Shown one piece after another: positions 1 through 8,626 of a stretch of DNA of 30,781 bases (its first letter is position 1; every line of letters starts with the position of its first letter). The notes under the pieces are model-generated. The model was not told the origin of the DNA. It searched no databases and worked only from the letters and a program-made list of their open reading frames with translations. The stretch comes from Candidatus Thalassarchaeaceae archaeon (lineage in GTDB: Archaea; Thermoplasmatota; Poseidoniia; Poseidoniales; Thalassarchaeaceae), in contig CAUZJP010000001.1 of assembly GCA_963580235.1 (NCBI GenBank), positions 1 to 30,781 on the forward strand, read 5' to 3'. The translations under genes and the position numbers were made by a program.

Positions 1-1
1 C

Positions 2-3000
2 TATACAAATGTCGGAACGATTGCCCCCGACAACAACTACCTCGTCCTCAACACAGATGGCTCGATGATTGGTCAACTATCCTCCTCCTTCGTCTCGAGT
101 GTTCGACCTGGTGATGTCATCATGTTGGGCGGTACCACCTATCGAATTCAGTCAATTCAGGGCTCAAGGGTGAATGTCACTCCGGTGACAGGCTTCCGAC
201 CCACCGTGCCATCCTGGTCAGGCGAAGCGCTCAGCCGCAGCCATGAACTGTCTGTTGCAGTGCTAGACCTGTTAGGCGCAACCATGCTCTCCCTCCGTCG
301 CCAACGTGACCCGAGGGTGCTCCTCAAGGAGGGCTATGGGATGTCTTCCCCAATTGCGGAGGGTGTTGCTCGGTTCATGGAGCAACATGTCGCGGAGTCG
401 TTCGAAGTCCCTGCACAGAATCGAATCATGATGGAGGAGATAGCGGGAGGGGTGCCCACCTACATGGTGACGACCTGCCGCGGCAGGGCGTTCAACCTCA
501 CACTCGGATATTTCTTCGCTGGCTTGGCGCAGATGAACGAAATCCAAGTTCACGAGATGTCCTTCGATGAGAATGGCTTCCTCATCAAACTGTCAGGCCA
601 TGTGGATCCAAGTTCTTTTCCAGCGATTTTTGAGGCGAATGACCAACGAAATGTGATTGAACGATATCTGATGGACACCCAACTGTTCGCCAAGAGGTTC
701 AGAGAGATAGCAGGACGTAGCCTGATAATTCCGAGGCGAATAGGGGCGGAGGAAGTATCACCCCAGCAGTTCCAGCAGAAGGCCGAAGCACTGTTCAAGG
801 CCCACAGGGCGACGACGGACTCTCTTCTCATCAGAGAGACATGCAACGAAATCTTCCACTCTGATCTCGATTTGAAAGGGCTTGAGCAATTTGTGAACGA
901 TGTTATTTCTGGTGATTCCCGCATTCTCCACAGCAAGGTGAAACTCCCCTCCCCTTTGGGAATGAACCTCTACATGTCCGCCTTTGAGGACCTGCTCTCG
1001 ATGCGCACCCGCGCTTATCTCATCAAGGACATTGACCCCGAGATTCTCCGCCGGCTCCTCGGCCAACGGGCTCTCGCCACAGACCTCGACGAGTCGCAGG
1101 TGAACGATTACTACGGTGACAAGGTTGCGATACCGAAGGATGCTGACTCACTTCTTCAATTGATGGAGATGGGTGGGGGATTGGACAAGCATCACAAGAA
1201 TCCACTTTACGAAGACAAGTTGGAGGGGATCGATCAGGAAGAGATTCGAGAATGGATTCTCGAATTGATCGACAAAAATGCGATTATCAGAGTTAGCGAG
1301 ACAGGAAATGAACAGGTCGACCACAAATGGTTTTCTGAGCGGATGGCTGACATCCATGGTACGCTCGGAGTGTTGGCCACCCACGATATCGAGGAGATGG
1401 AGGATCTCAGAGAGGTATATACCGGTGGTTTGACCTACAAGATGGGCATAAAATATTCCGGCACTGATCCTACTGATTGGAAGGATGTGCCACTCTCAGA
1501 CCCACATGAGTGCCTGCGGGTTAAATTGGTCGATATGCTCGGCAGTGAAGGTCCGATGACCATGGCGCAGCTGATTGATAGATTGCCATTTCCAGAGAGA
1601 ATGATTGAGAACCTTCTGCACGAATTAGAAGTGCGAAATGTGGTCACAATTGGATTCTACCGACAGACCAATGATGGCGAATTCATTCTCCGCGTCGATG
1701 AACACTACATCACCGGTGGCGTGGAGAAAGTCATTGAATATCGAAACCTCCAGAACCTACTCCTAAAAAAGTCATTCAAGTTGTACGAAAACCCTCTCAA
1801 GGCTCTCGAGGCACATGTCCTGTTTCAGAAGATGCACGAGTTGTTGGATCGAGTCGAATCCTATCGCTTCGCAGACTGGAAGGACTTGAAGCACGACCCA
1901 GATGTCGTGATGGGGCGTCTGCTGCATAATCGCGTCGGGTACACCACCAAGCAACAACTTCCTCTGTTGCTCGGCTTGAGGCCTGAGCCCTGGATGGGCG
2001 AGATGGAACGCAAGTTGGTCGGCAAATTACGAGCCAATGACAACATCACTCGGCAACAACTGCTTGAGGACATCCCGCGCGATGAAGATTCGAAACACAT
2101 CATGAATCGAGCAAAGTATGCGATTAGCAACATGGAGAGGCAGATGTTGTTCGTCAAACAGTATGAGGAACTGCCAGAACGAAAACGCAGCCTCTCACTT
2201 TTCCACAAGGTCATTGATATCTACACTCCGATGCCCTTTGAAAAGGCACTTCTTGAGTTGATTCGACGAATCGGTCCAGTCAAGCGCTACACATTGGGTA
2301 ATTATGTCAGCCGAGCTGCGGAGGACCTCGATTTCGCATTACACTCTCTGCTCGACAAAGGCACCATCACGAAAGTGTCCGCGCTGCAACCCAATCTTAC
2401 TGATTTCTACTGCATCGCAGAGGATTCAATCGATGTTAGCAAGAGAATGAGAGAAGACCGCGAGATGCGTATTCTAACACAGTCCGACCCCTTCTGTTCT
2501 CGCTTCATCCAAGAGGTCAGATATGTTCTGAAACAGGGCTGGTACTATCCCGTATTCAAGGGGGTGGACCCGGTTGGTAGAATTCTGATGTACAAGGTCA
2601 ACGACTATCTTGAGGTGAAGGACATTCACATTCCACACGCCTACCTAGACGAGTTCGTAATCCAATTCGACCGCTTCCTAGAGAATTACCGAGACACGCT
2701 GGTCGAGATTTCTGTGCTCACCAATTTCAACGGAGAGAGCATCTCCGAGGCTTCCGTCAACACCAAGGAGGCATTTGAGAGAATTGGTTTCAAGGCGATT
2801 GGCGACGGACTGCGGATGATTCGCGGCGGGGTTATGGATCCTAAGCCGTACAAAGAATCCATCCGAAGCCTGTTTTGGAATCACAAGTTGCATCAGAATA
2901 CCCGTTCTGTTCATGAAACCGCCGCCGTCTCTCATATTGACGAGGTGAGGGATGACTTCGCCTTGCGCGGCAGGTGTGAGATGTACCGCGTCGACCTGAA

Positions 3001-3811
3001 GTCGATGGCAACCGCAAATCAACTCCATCAGGGGACCAACCTCAGAGGACGAAAGGTCTACGCAACCTACCCGCATTTCCAACGGCTATTGGCGATTCGG
3101 AACATTTCACCCGATGAGGAGCTGCTCGATGTATTGGAGTTCTTCTCTGAGAATTCCGATCCACAACTGTTCATGGACAGACACGCGATGCGCCGAGCTG
3201 AATTCAGGAAGTTGGCCCAACCACTCATCAAGACTGGCCACCTTGTACAGGATTACCGTGGAGGGTTTAGGACAGTGGACCCATTGCCCGTGGAAGACTT
3301 GTGGCAGATGAGGGTGAAATATCTGAAGGAGATTGTGAAGGATATTCCACTGATAACCCTGAAACAGTTTGAGAAGTTGGCCGGTAAGCCATTCAAGCCG
3401 GAAGATGTGATGGCCGTTCTGCATTTATTGGAGGAGGAGGGGGAATTCATCAAGGGATTCCTTCTTGAAGATATGAACGAAGTTTGCTGGGGCCGAAAAG
3501 AATCACTTGAGAATGCAGCAGAATTACCTCCGATGAGGGATTTCGTCCTGCCCCCGTCTGACCCACTCTCACCTTATTTCGCATCGCTTTTGAGAGAGCG
3601 GTTCGGTTACGGTTCAGCCTATCTTGTGTTTCATGAGGAGGAGCCTATTGCCGCTTTCAAAGCGAATACAAGAGATGGCGTCATACATATCACCGATCTT
3701 GTTACCGACCCAAAATTGGAGAAACAGTCTTTGAGAGTCATGAAGGAGTTTGCTTGGGAGCACAACATGCCTCTGCGGGGCAAGATCCTCGATAAGATCC
3801 GAGGCCGTTGA
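2..3811 (+). CDS. lhr: Long-form Lhr-family SF2 helicase, 5'-truncated: C-terminal part of the core plus a large winged-helix/AlkZ-like extension
   Basis: The frame is open from base 2 (YTNVGTIAPDNNYLVLNTDGSMIGQLSSSFV...GDVIMLGG), matching the Lhr 'GTIPD...IG.L...F...GD.F.LGG' segment. It is followed by PSWSGE and the DEAD/H-associated region (RFREIAGRSLIIPR, EIFHSDLDL, SPLG). The helicase motor lies upstream of the window. Confidence 0.9.
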   Translation, partial: YTNVGTIAPDNNYLVLNTDGSMIGQLSSSFVSSVRPGDVIMLGGTTYRIQSIQGSRVNVTPVTGFRPTVPSWSGEALSRSHELSVAVLDLLGATMLSLRRQRDPRVLLKEGYGMSSPIAEGVARFMEQHVAESFEVPAQNRIMMEEIAGGVPTYMVTTCRGRAFNLTLGYFFAGLAQMNEIQVHEMSFDENGFLIKLSGHVDPSSFPAIFEANDQRNVIERYLMDTQLFAKRFREIAGRSLIIPRRIGAEEVSPQQFQQKAEALFKAHRATTDSLLIRETCNEIFHSDLDLKGLEQFVNDVISGDSRILHSKVKLPSPLGMNLYMSAFEDLLSMRTRAYLIKDIDPEILRRLLGQRALATDLDESQVNDYYGDKVAIPKDADSLLQLMEMGGGLDKHHKNPLYEDKLEGIDQEEIREWILELIDKNAIIRVSETGNEQVDHKWFSERMADIHGTLGVLATHDIEEMEDLREVYTGGLTYKMGIKYSGTDPTDWKDVPLSDPHECLRVKLVDMLGSEGPMTMAQLIDRLPFPERMIENLLHELEVRNVVTIGFYRQTNDGEFILRVDEHYITGGVEKVIEYRNLQNLLLKKSFKLYENPLKALEAHVLFQKMHELLDRVESYRFADWKDLKHDPDVVMGRLLHNRVGYTTKQQLPLLLGLRPEPWMGEMERKLVGKLRANDNITRQQLLEDIPRDEDSKHIMNRAKYAISNMERQMLFVKQYEELPERKRSLSLFHKVIDIYTPMPFEKALLELIRRIGPVKRYTLGNYVSRAAEDLDFALHSLLDKGTITKVSALQPNLTDFYCIAEDSIDVSKRMREDREMRILTQSDPFCSRFIQEVRYVLKQGWYYPVFKGVDPVGRILMYKVNDYLEVKDIHIPHAYLDEFVIQFDRFLENYRDTLVEISVLTNFNGESISEASVNTKEAFERIGFKAIGDGLRMIRGGVMDPKPYKESIRSLFWNHKLHQNTRSVHETAAVSHIDEVRDDFALRGRCEMYRVDLKSMATANQLHQGTNLRGRKVYATYPHFQRLLAIRNISPDEELLDVLEFFSENSDPQLFMDRHAMRRAEFRKLAQPLIKTGHLVQDYRGGFRTVDPLPVEDLWQMRVKYLKEIVKDIPLITLKQFEKLAGKPFKPEDVMAVLHLLEEEGEFIKGFLLEDMNEVCWGRKESLENAAELPPMRDFVLPPSDPLSPYFASLLRERFGYGSAYLVFHEEEPIAAFKANTRDGVIHITDLVTDPKLEKQSLRVMKEFAWEHNMPLRGKILDKIRGR

Positions 3812-3817
3812 GTTGTT

Positions 3818-4795
3818 TTACGGTTCAACCGCCGACGCTTTGGTAAACGGCTTCATAATCGGTTCCATTAGTCTCAGAACATGAGAATGCAGAGTGGGTA
3901 GAAGTTCGAAGAGGACTATTGCCATAGCAAACATCGCAACCAAACTGCCGAATTTTGCGGCGTATGAGTGGGCAAAATCAAACATCCCTATGTCAAACCA
4001 GTTCCATTCTCTATAGGTGATGTCAAGATAGATGATTCCAGCATTTCTAAAGATGTTGAGAAGATGAATCACTGGTAGAGTGATGATGAAGGCGCGCGCC
4101 CTCAACTTCCACGACACACCCCGTAATGCAACTAGCGCCCCGACGAAGACGATCATCGATTGGAGCGCGCTGCATGCAAGAATGATGGAGATTCCAGCAG
4201 AACCACCTCCTTCGGTGAGAATCGGGATGTAGAATCCACCCTCGCCAAGCGGTTCAAGATAGAGCCACGGGTTCCCTTGAAACTCGGAAAATAATCCACT
4301 CGAGCCATCAGCGTAGTCGACCCTAGCTTCACCCAGAGAGAGGTCCGCAACCCCCGCTACCCTTAGGAAGAAGATACCCTGCCAAGCGGTTATCCAAACC
4401 AAGGCCATTGCGATGTTCGGAACCCAAGAGACGAGAAGATAGGGTGTGGATGCCCAAAATGTGCATCCACGGAACCAAACCAAGGCTGGCTCGTCCGTCC
4501 CTTCCCGTTCTGTACGGACTTCCCACACTGCGATAGCGATGGATAGTGGAAGCGCCGCTGCAGACATCAAGATGAGAACCGGGTCCCCAATTTCCACATA
4601 GTGTGGAGTGTCGAGAAAGAAGTAGAATCCGAGCATGATCCAGCCCGGAGCGGCGATACTGCCTCGACGGTCTCCCTTTGAGTGAAAACCGAGTCCGAGA
4701 AGCACCAAACCGATGATTGCGCAGTACAACCGTAGCATCTCGTCGGTGGTTCCGAGAGCCTCGGCGAGTGGATGTAGGATGTTATTAGACGCCAT
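3818..4795 (-). CDS. artA: Archaeosortase A-like (exosortase family) multi-pass membrane transpeptidase
   Basis: Multiple hydrophobic helices, with family motifs SIILACSALQSM (Cys), LLNIFRN (Arg) and FAHSYAAKFGS. ATG at 4795 preferred over the TTG at 4816. Confidence 0.85.
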   Translation of the reverse strand: MASNNILHPLAEALGTTDEMLRLYCAIIGLVLLGLGFHSKGDRRGSIAAPGWIMLGFYFFLDTPHYVEIGDPVLILMSAAALPLSIAIAVWEVRTEREGTDEPALVWFRGCTFWASTPYLLVSWVPNIAMALVWITAWQGIFFLRVAGVADLSLGEARVDYADGSSGLFSEFQGNPWLYLEPLGEGGFYIPILTEGGGSAGISIILACSALQSMIVFVGALVALRGVSWKLRARAFIITLPVIHLLNIFRNAGIIYLDITYREWNWFDIGMFDFAHSYAAKFGSLVAMFAMAIVLFELLPTLHSHVLRLMEPIMKPFTKASAVEP

Positions 4796-4856
4796 TCTAG
4801 GACAGTTGTGTATCAATAACTCGTAAATAGGCTGCCTCGCAGCGGGCTGTTGAGGA

Positions 4857-5444
4857 ATGCAGGTGGGATTCGACTTCGACTCTTTCGTCGACGGCTATGT
4901 CGCAGACTTGAGCCGTGCGCTCGCTAGTCTTTCAAAGCAGGACCTGAAGGCACTTTACGAACAAGTTCTCTCTGTAATTGATGGTGGAGGGACAGTTCAC
5001 TTCATCGGAAACGGCGGCTCTGCTGCCACCCCGTCACACTCCGCCGGGGACTGGAGCAAGGAACTCGGACTTCCAACGCTCTCTCATGTGGACAACATCT
5101 CAAGTCTGACCGCCTGGGCGAATGACACCTCCTACGACAATGTGTTCGCCGGAGCGCTCTCTACATGGGCAAAGGCGGGCGACCTGGTCGTCGGCTATTC
5201 CGGTTCCGGGAATTCACCGAATGTGCTGAACGGGATTGCAAAGGCGAAGGAACTTGGCTGCCTAACTGCATGTATCACTGGTGACTACAAGAGTGGAGGT
5301 GGTGGCAAACTTGCCAGGATGGTCGATGTTGCAGTAGTCTGTGACACGACTTCGATGGAGCGAATCGAAGACCTTCAACTCATCATCAACCACATCGTGA
5401 AGGAGGCGGTCAAAGCGGACCGCGGACTCCCGAGCCACTCATGA
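4857..5444 (+). CDS. gmhA: SIS-domain phosphoheptose (sedoheptulose-7-phosphate) isomerase-like protein
   Basis: GNGGSAATPSH, LTAWAND, GDLVVGYSGSGNSPNVL and RIEDLQLIINH. By eye, H/D/E/H occupy the positions of the E. coli GmhA H61/E65/Q172/H180 metal ligands. Confidence 0.8.
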   Translation: MQVGFDFDSFVDGYVADLSRALASLSKQDLKALYEQVLSVIDGGGTVHFIGNGGSAATPSHSAGDWSKELGLPTLSHVDNISSLTAWANDTSYDNVFAGALSTWAKAGDLVVGYSGSGNSPNVLNGIAKAKELGCLTACITGDYKSGGGGKLARMVDVAVVCDTTSMERIEDLQLIINHIVKEAVKADRGLPSHS

Positions 5445-5453
5445 GGCGGTTCT

Positions 5454-6098
5454 GTGCTGTTACCACATCGTCACTTATCCGAGTTGGGTGAGCCGATTGA
5501 TCTCCCCCCGATGCCAAGCGGGGTGGAATGGGAGGGAGATATCGCATTCCTCGACCGGGACGGGGTCCTCAACATCGGCAGCGAGGATTACATCAACGGA
5601 GTCTCGGAGTTAGTCATCTTCCCCGAATCAGGCCAGAGCGTTGCAAAAATCCGAAGCGCCGGATTCCGAGTCTGCATCGTCACCAACCAGTCGCCAGTAG
5701 GCCGTGGATTGTGGGGGCATCAGGTACTTGCCTCAGTCAATTCAGCCCTTCAGAAGGGCCTTCTGATGCAAGACCCTGACGCTCATTTAGACCTCATACT
5801 GTACAGCCCATACGCCCCTTGGGAGGGGGCGTGGTCTCGAAAAGGCCGTCCTGGAATGCTGCAAGCAGGTAGACAACTATTCGATGCGGCGAAGGAGGGA
5901 AGTGGAGTGGAACATTTCGATTACGGGCCCGATTACACAGCCCGAGATGAGGGCCGCTCCTTCATGGTGGGAGACCGACGGGCAGATGACGAAGCAGGTG
6001 TCGCCCACGGAGTCAGAATGTTCCGTTGCGAAGGAAGAATCGGTCTAGTTGATGTGCTCTCACGAGTTCTCGATGATTCAGATTCTGGTGACTACTAA
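5454..6098 (+). CDS. gmhB: HAD-IIIA phosphatase, D,D-heptose-1,7-bisphosphate phosphatase (GmhB)-like
   Basis: FLDRDGVLN (DxD), IVTNQS, RKGRPGML and FMVGDRRADDEAG. It lies 9 nt after the gmhA-like gene. The CxH..CxC Zn site is absent. Confidence 0.75.
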   Translation: MLLPHRHLSELGEPIDLPPMPSGVEWEGDIAFLDRDGVLNIGSEDYINGVSELVIFPESGQSVAKIRSAGFRVCIVTNQSPVGRGLWGHQVLASVNSALQKGLLMQDPDAHLDLILYSPYAPWEGAWSRKGRPGMLQAGRQLFDAAKEGSGVEHFDYGPDYTARDEGRSFMVGDRRADDEAGVAHGVRMFRCEGRIGLVDVLSRVLDDSDSGDY

Positions 6099-6100
6099 CT

Positions 6101-7381
6101 GTGGCTCAGAAACAGGAGAGTCCTCAAGAGCCAGTAAGGATTGGGATTTGCATGGGTTGGCTGGGGTTGGATGATACCGACTCACCTGAAGGCGGTTGCA
6201 CAACTTGGGAAATGCACCTGCTACTTTCACATCTTGAAAGTAAAGGGTTTGCCATCGTCGGCGCTCCTCGTCTAGTGAGGTTGTGGCCACATGCCCCGCG
6301 GCGCACCCGAGGCAATGCCGCACTCTCCGCAGAAATTGAGGAGGGTGGCCGTGAGACTGAATTACACCTCATTATGGGTGAGTGGTTTTCTGAACGGTTC
6401 AAACACCTCAATCATCTGACTCATCCCGATGACGGTTCTACGCCTTCTCCCACACTAATTTGGAGCAAGAGACAATTCTCCAGAGAGTGGTATTGGGCAG
6501 CTGTCCGCAATTGGGTCGAACCACAGAAAAGGCTCGACGCTCTACGCGAGCAATCTGAGGTCCAAGTTTGGACGATCGGTAGAATCGATGGCGTGGTCGG
6601 AGCAAGTTCGGCAATCGCCTGGCCGGCCGACCGAGATTGGACTTGGGAGGCTACCGCGTGGCGGTCGGCACAGAACATCGGGACAGATAGGGAAGTGCCA
6701 GTTGATTCAGTTAATGCCATGTCAGATAAGTTCCCTAAAACCATCTTGAATCGAGACCCGAATGCATTCCGTAGTTTCATCGCACCTCGTACGCCCTGTC
6801 CCGTTCTATATGGGATCAGGGCAGAAGATGAAGAGTCGGCTGGTGCTGCTCACGAGTGGTTACAGAGACAGGATGGCGTTGAGAGTTGCATCGCTATGCG
6901 AGTGCACAGGAGTAACCAAGCTACCGGTGATCACCTGATTTCCGACGACTCTGGCGTGACTATCGCCTCAGTGATTGACAGAAAAGGTGGACATGCTAGT
7001 GTCGAAGTATTCGACGGCATCTCACATTGCACTTTGGTCGCATTTTCTGAAGGGGGTCAAGTGAATCGCCTACTGCGCGCTTCCCAACTAGGAGACCGGT
7101 TGAGTTGGAGAGGGACTGTTTCACCCGATGGATCCATCCACCTTGAGAACCTGCGCGTCGATGACGCTGTACCGAGGATTGAAAACCGTCCCATCTGTGA
7201 TTGCGGCAGTCGATTCAGGCGAAAGGGACGAGGACAACCACTGACCTGCCCATCATGTTCCAACCAATCTCATTCTCACTGGCTTTCTACCACTATTGGT
7301 GATGAAGGCGCGTGGGTGGAGCCGCCAATCTCTCAGCGTCGCCATCTCGCACGACCACTGAACCGCGAGCCGAAGGTGTAA
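6101..7381 (+). CDS. tiaS: tRNA(Ile2) agmatinylcytidine synthetase
   Basis: GLDDTDSPEGGCTT, RLVRLWP..RTRGNAA, GVVGASSAIA, PVLYGIRA, SNQATGDHL, OB-fold GGHASV, C-terminal CDC..CPSC Zn ribbon and RRHLARP. Alternative start is the ATG at 6152. Confidence 0.9.
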   Translation: MAQKQESPQEPVRIGICMGWLGLDDTDSPEGGCTTWEMHLLLSHLESKGFAIVGAPRLVRLWPHAPRRTRGNAALSAEIEEGGRETELHLIMGEWFSERFKHLNHLTHPDDGSTPSPTLIWSKRQFSREWYWAAVRNWVEPQKRLDALREQSEVQVWTIGRIDGVVGASSAIAWPADRDWTWEATAWRSAQNIGTDREVPVDSVNAMSDKFPKTILNRDPNAFRSFIAPRTPCPVLYGIRAEDEESAGAAHEWLQRQDGVESCIAMRVHRSNQATGDHLISDDSGVTIASVIDRKGGHASVEVFDGISHCTLVAFSEGGQVNRLLRASQLGDRLSWRGTVSPDGSIHLENLRVDDAVPRIENRPICDCGSRFRRKGRGQPLTCPSCSNQSHSHWLSTTIGDEGAWVEPPISQRRHLARPLNREPKV

Positions 7382-7408
7382 TCCCCTTTCGGTTGTCCAA
7401 GACAATTC

Positions 7409-7672
7409 ATGGCAGAAGCTTTGACCTTGAGTTACATCGGATTTGGGCTACTCACAATCGGTCTCTTCTATGTGATTTGGCAGATTGTGAAAAGGAATCA
7501 AGCGATTGCCGCAGTAGAAAACACTCCAGCGGTCGCTGGTTCTGATGAGTTGACTGGAGGAGCCAAAAACCCGTCTCAGTTTGAAGAACCCGACGATGAT
7601 GCACTAGAGCAGATGGCCGATATACTGGCCTCCGCGGCAGAGTCTCAAGGTTTGGTACTCGAAGAAGAGTGA
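7409..7672 (+). CDS. Small hypothetical protein with one N-terminal transmembrane helix and an acidic tail
   Basis: 87 aa. Hydrophobic stretch LSYIGFGLLTIGLFYVIWQIV followed by KRNQ and an acidic C-terminus. It fills the gap after tiaS. Confidence 0.6.
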   Translation: MAEALTLSYIGFGLLTIGLFYVIWQIVKRNQAIAAVENTPAVAGSDELTGGAKNPSQFEEPDDDALEQMADILASAAESQGLVLEEE

Positions 7673-8253
7673 GAACGCTTTTCGAATCCGCCGTCATCCA
7701 AAATCAGTGAGAGCTTCTCTTGGCCGGTGTCCAACTGTCGCCGTTGATGGCCTCCTTCCTCGACTGTCAACAACCAAGTCCGACACCCCCACTTCTCTAA
7801 CTTCTCACGTCCACGGACCTTCCATGTCTCCTTTCCGGATGCATCCTCATAGAGTGCCGAGATGACGAGAAGATCTGGAGGATTCTCAGGCAGCGCCTTC
7901 ACAAGTTCAGAGATTGCCGAAGCAGCCATTGGATTGACATGGCCGCTGCGAGAGGTCCAATCATCGATTACGATGAGTGATGTATCAAGACTATTCGAGA
8001 GTCTACCAGCCGCGTCAACTCCTGTTGAGATGGCATCTCCACAAGGGAAGAGATGTAGTTTGGATAGTGTGCTCAATGGAATCGAATGTAGTAACTGGCG
8101 AAACCGCTCTGGATTGGGGGATTCTGGTGAGACCCAGATGGCTCGGCCGCCAGACTCCAATTCACGCCTTACACACTGCAAACCCAGGGTCGTCCCGCCG
8201 CACCCGCTGGCGACTGCGAGATGGACCAGACCGTCGAGGAGGGGTAGAGGCAC
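7645..8253 (-). CDS. RadB/RecA-fold-like protein with a degenerate Walker A
   Basis: VHLAVASGCGGTTLGLQ lies at the P-loop position, then RAIWVSPES..PERFRQL (RadB/RadA-like 'vyid.E..f..eRl.ql') and LIVIDD (Walker B). GGTGAG SD-like element precedes the GTG start. Confidence 0.65.
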   Translation of the reverse strand: MPLPLLDGLVHLAVASGCGGTTLGLQCVRRELESGGRAIWVSPESPNPERFRQLLHSIPLSTLSKLHLFPCGDAISTGVDAAGRLSNSLDTSLIVIDDWTSRSGHVNPMAASAISELVKALPENPPDLLVISALYEDASGKETWKVRGREKLEKWGCRTWLLTVEEGGHQRRQLDTGQEKLSLILDDGGFEKRSHSSSSTKP

Positions 8254-8347
8254 GGTAGCGGCTCACCACGGTGGTTCTTGAACTCTGAGTTGATTGAGTA
8301 GGGGGTGTTCGGCAATCGCTATCATGGGGCGGCTGTTGGGGTGATTC

Positions 8348-8569
8348 ATGGCCGGGGTACGCGAGGGCGAGAGAATTTCGCGCAGAGACCCTCCACCATA
8401 CGAAGAAATCGAAGAGGGTGGCTTGAAGGCGGCTCTCTCCAAACACGGTTTGATTGGAACCGCATTGATGGACAAGAATCAGTATGGCCCGCAGGCGATG
8501 ATTCTTCTTTTGGTGATTACTGCCACCGTGACAGGTACCTTCCTCGGCTTAGCGATGATTCTCTTCTGA
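8348..8569 (+). CDS. Small hypothetical protein with a C-terminal transmembrane helix
   Basis: 73 aa, ending in MILLLVITATVTGTFLGLAMILF. GGGGTGA SD-like element upstream of the ATG. Confidence 0.55.
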   Translation: MAGVREGERISRRDPPPYEEIEEGGLKAALSKHGLIGTALMDKNQYGPQAMILLLVITATVTGTFLGLAMILF

Positions 8570-8626
8570 TTTCAATCGCAAATCCGAAGTAGACGATAAA
8601 CAGCATTGTGCTGTCGAGGAGATTTT

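Noticed and set aside
5454-6098. HAD phosphatase as histidinol-phosphatase (HisB-N)
   Set aside because: There are no his genes nearby and it is directly adjacent to a gmhA-like gene, which favours GmhB; not formally excluded.
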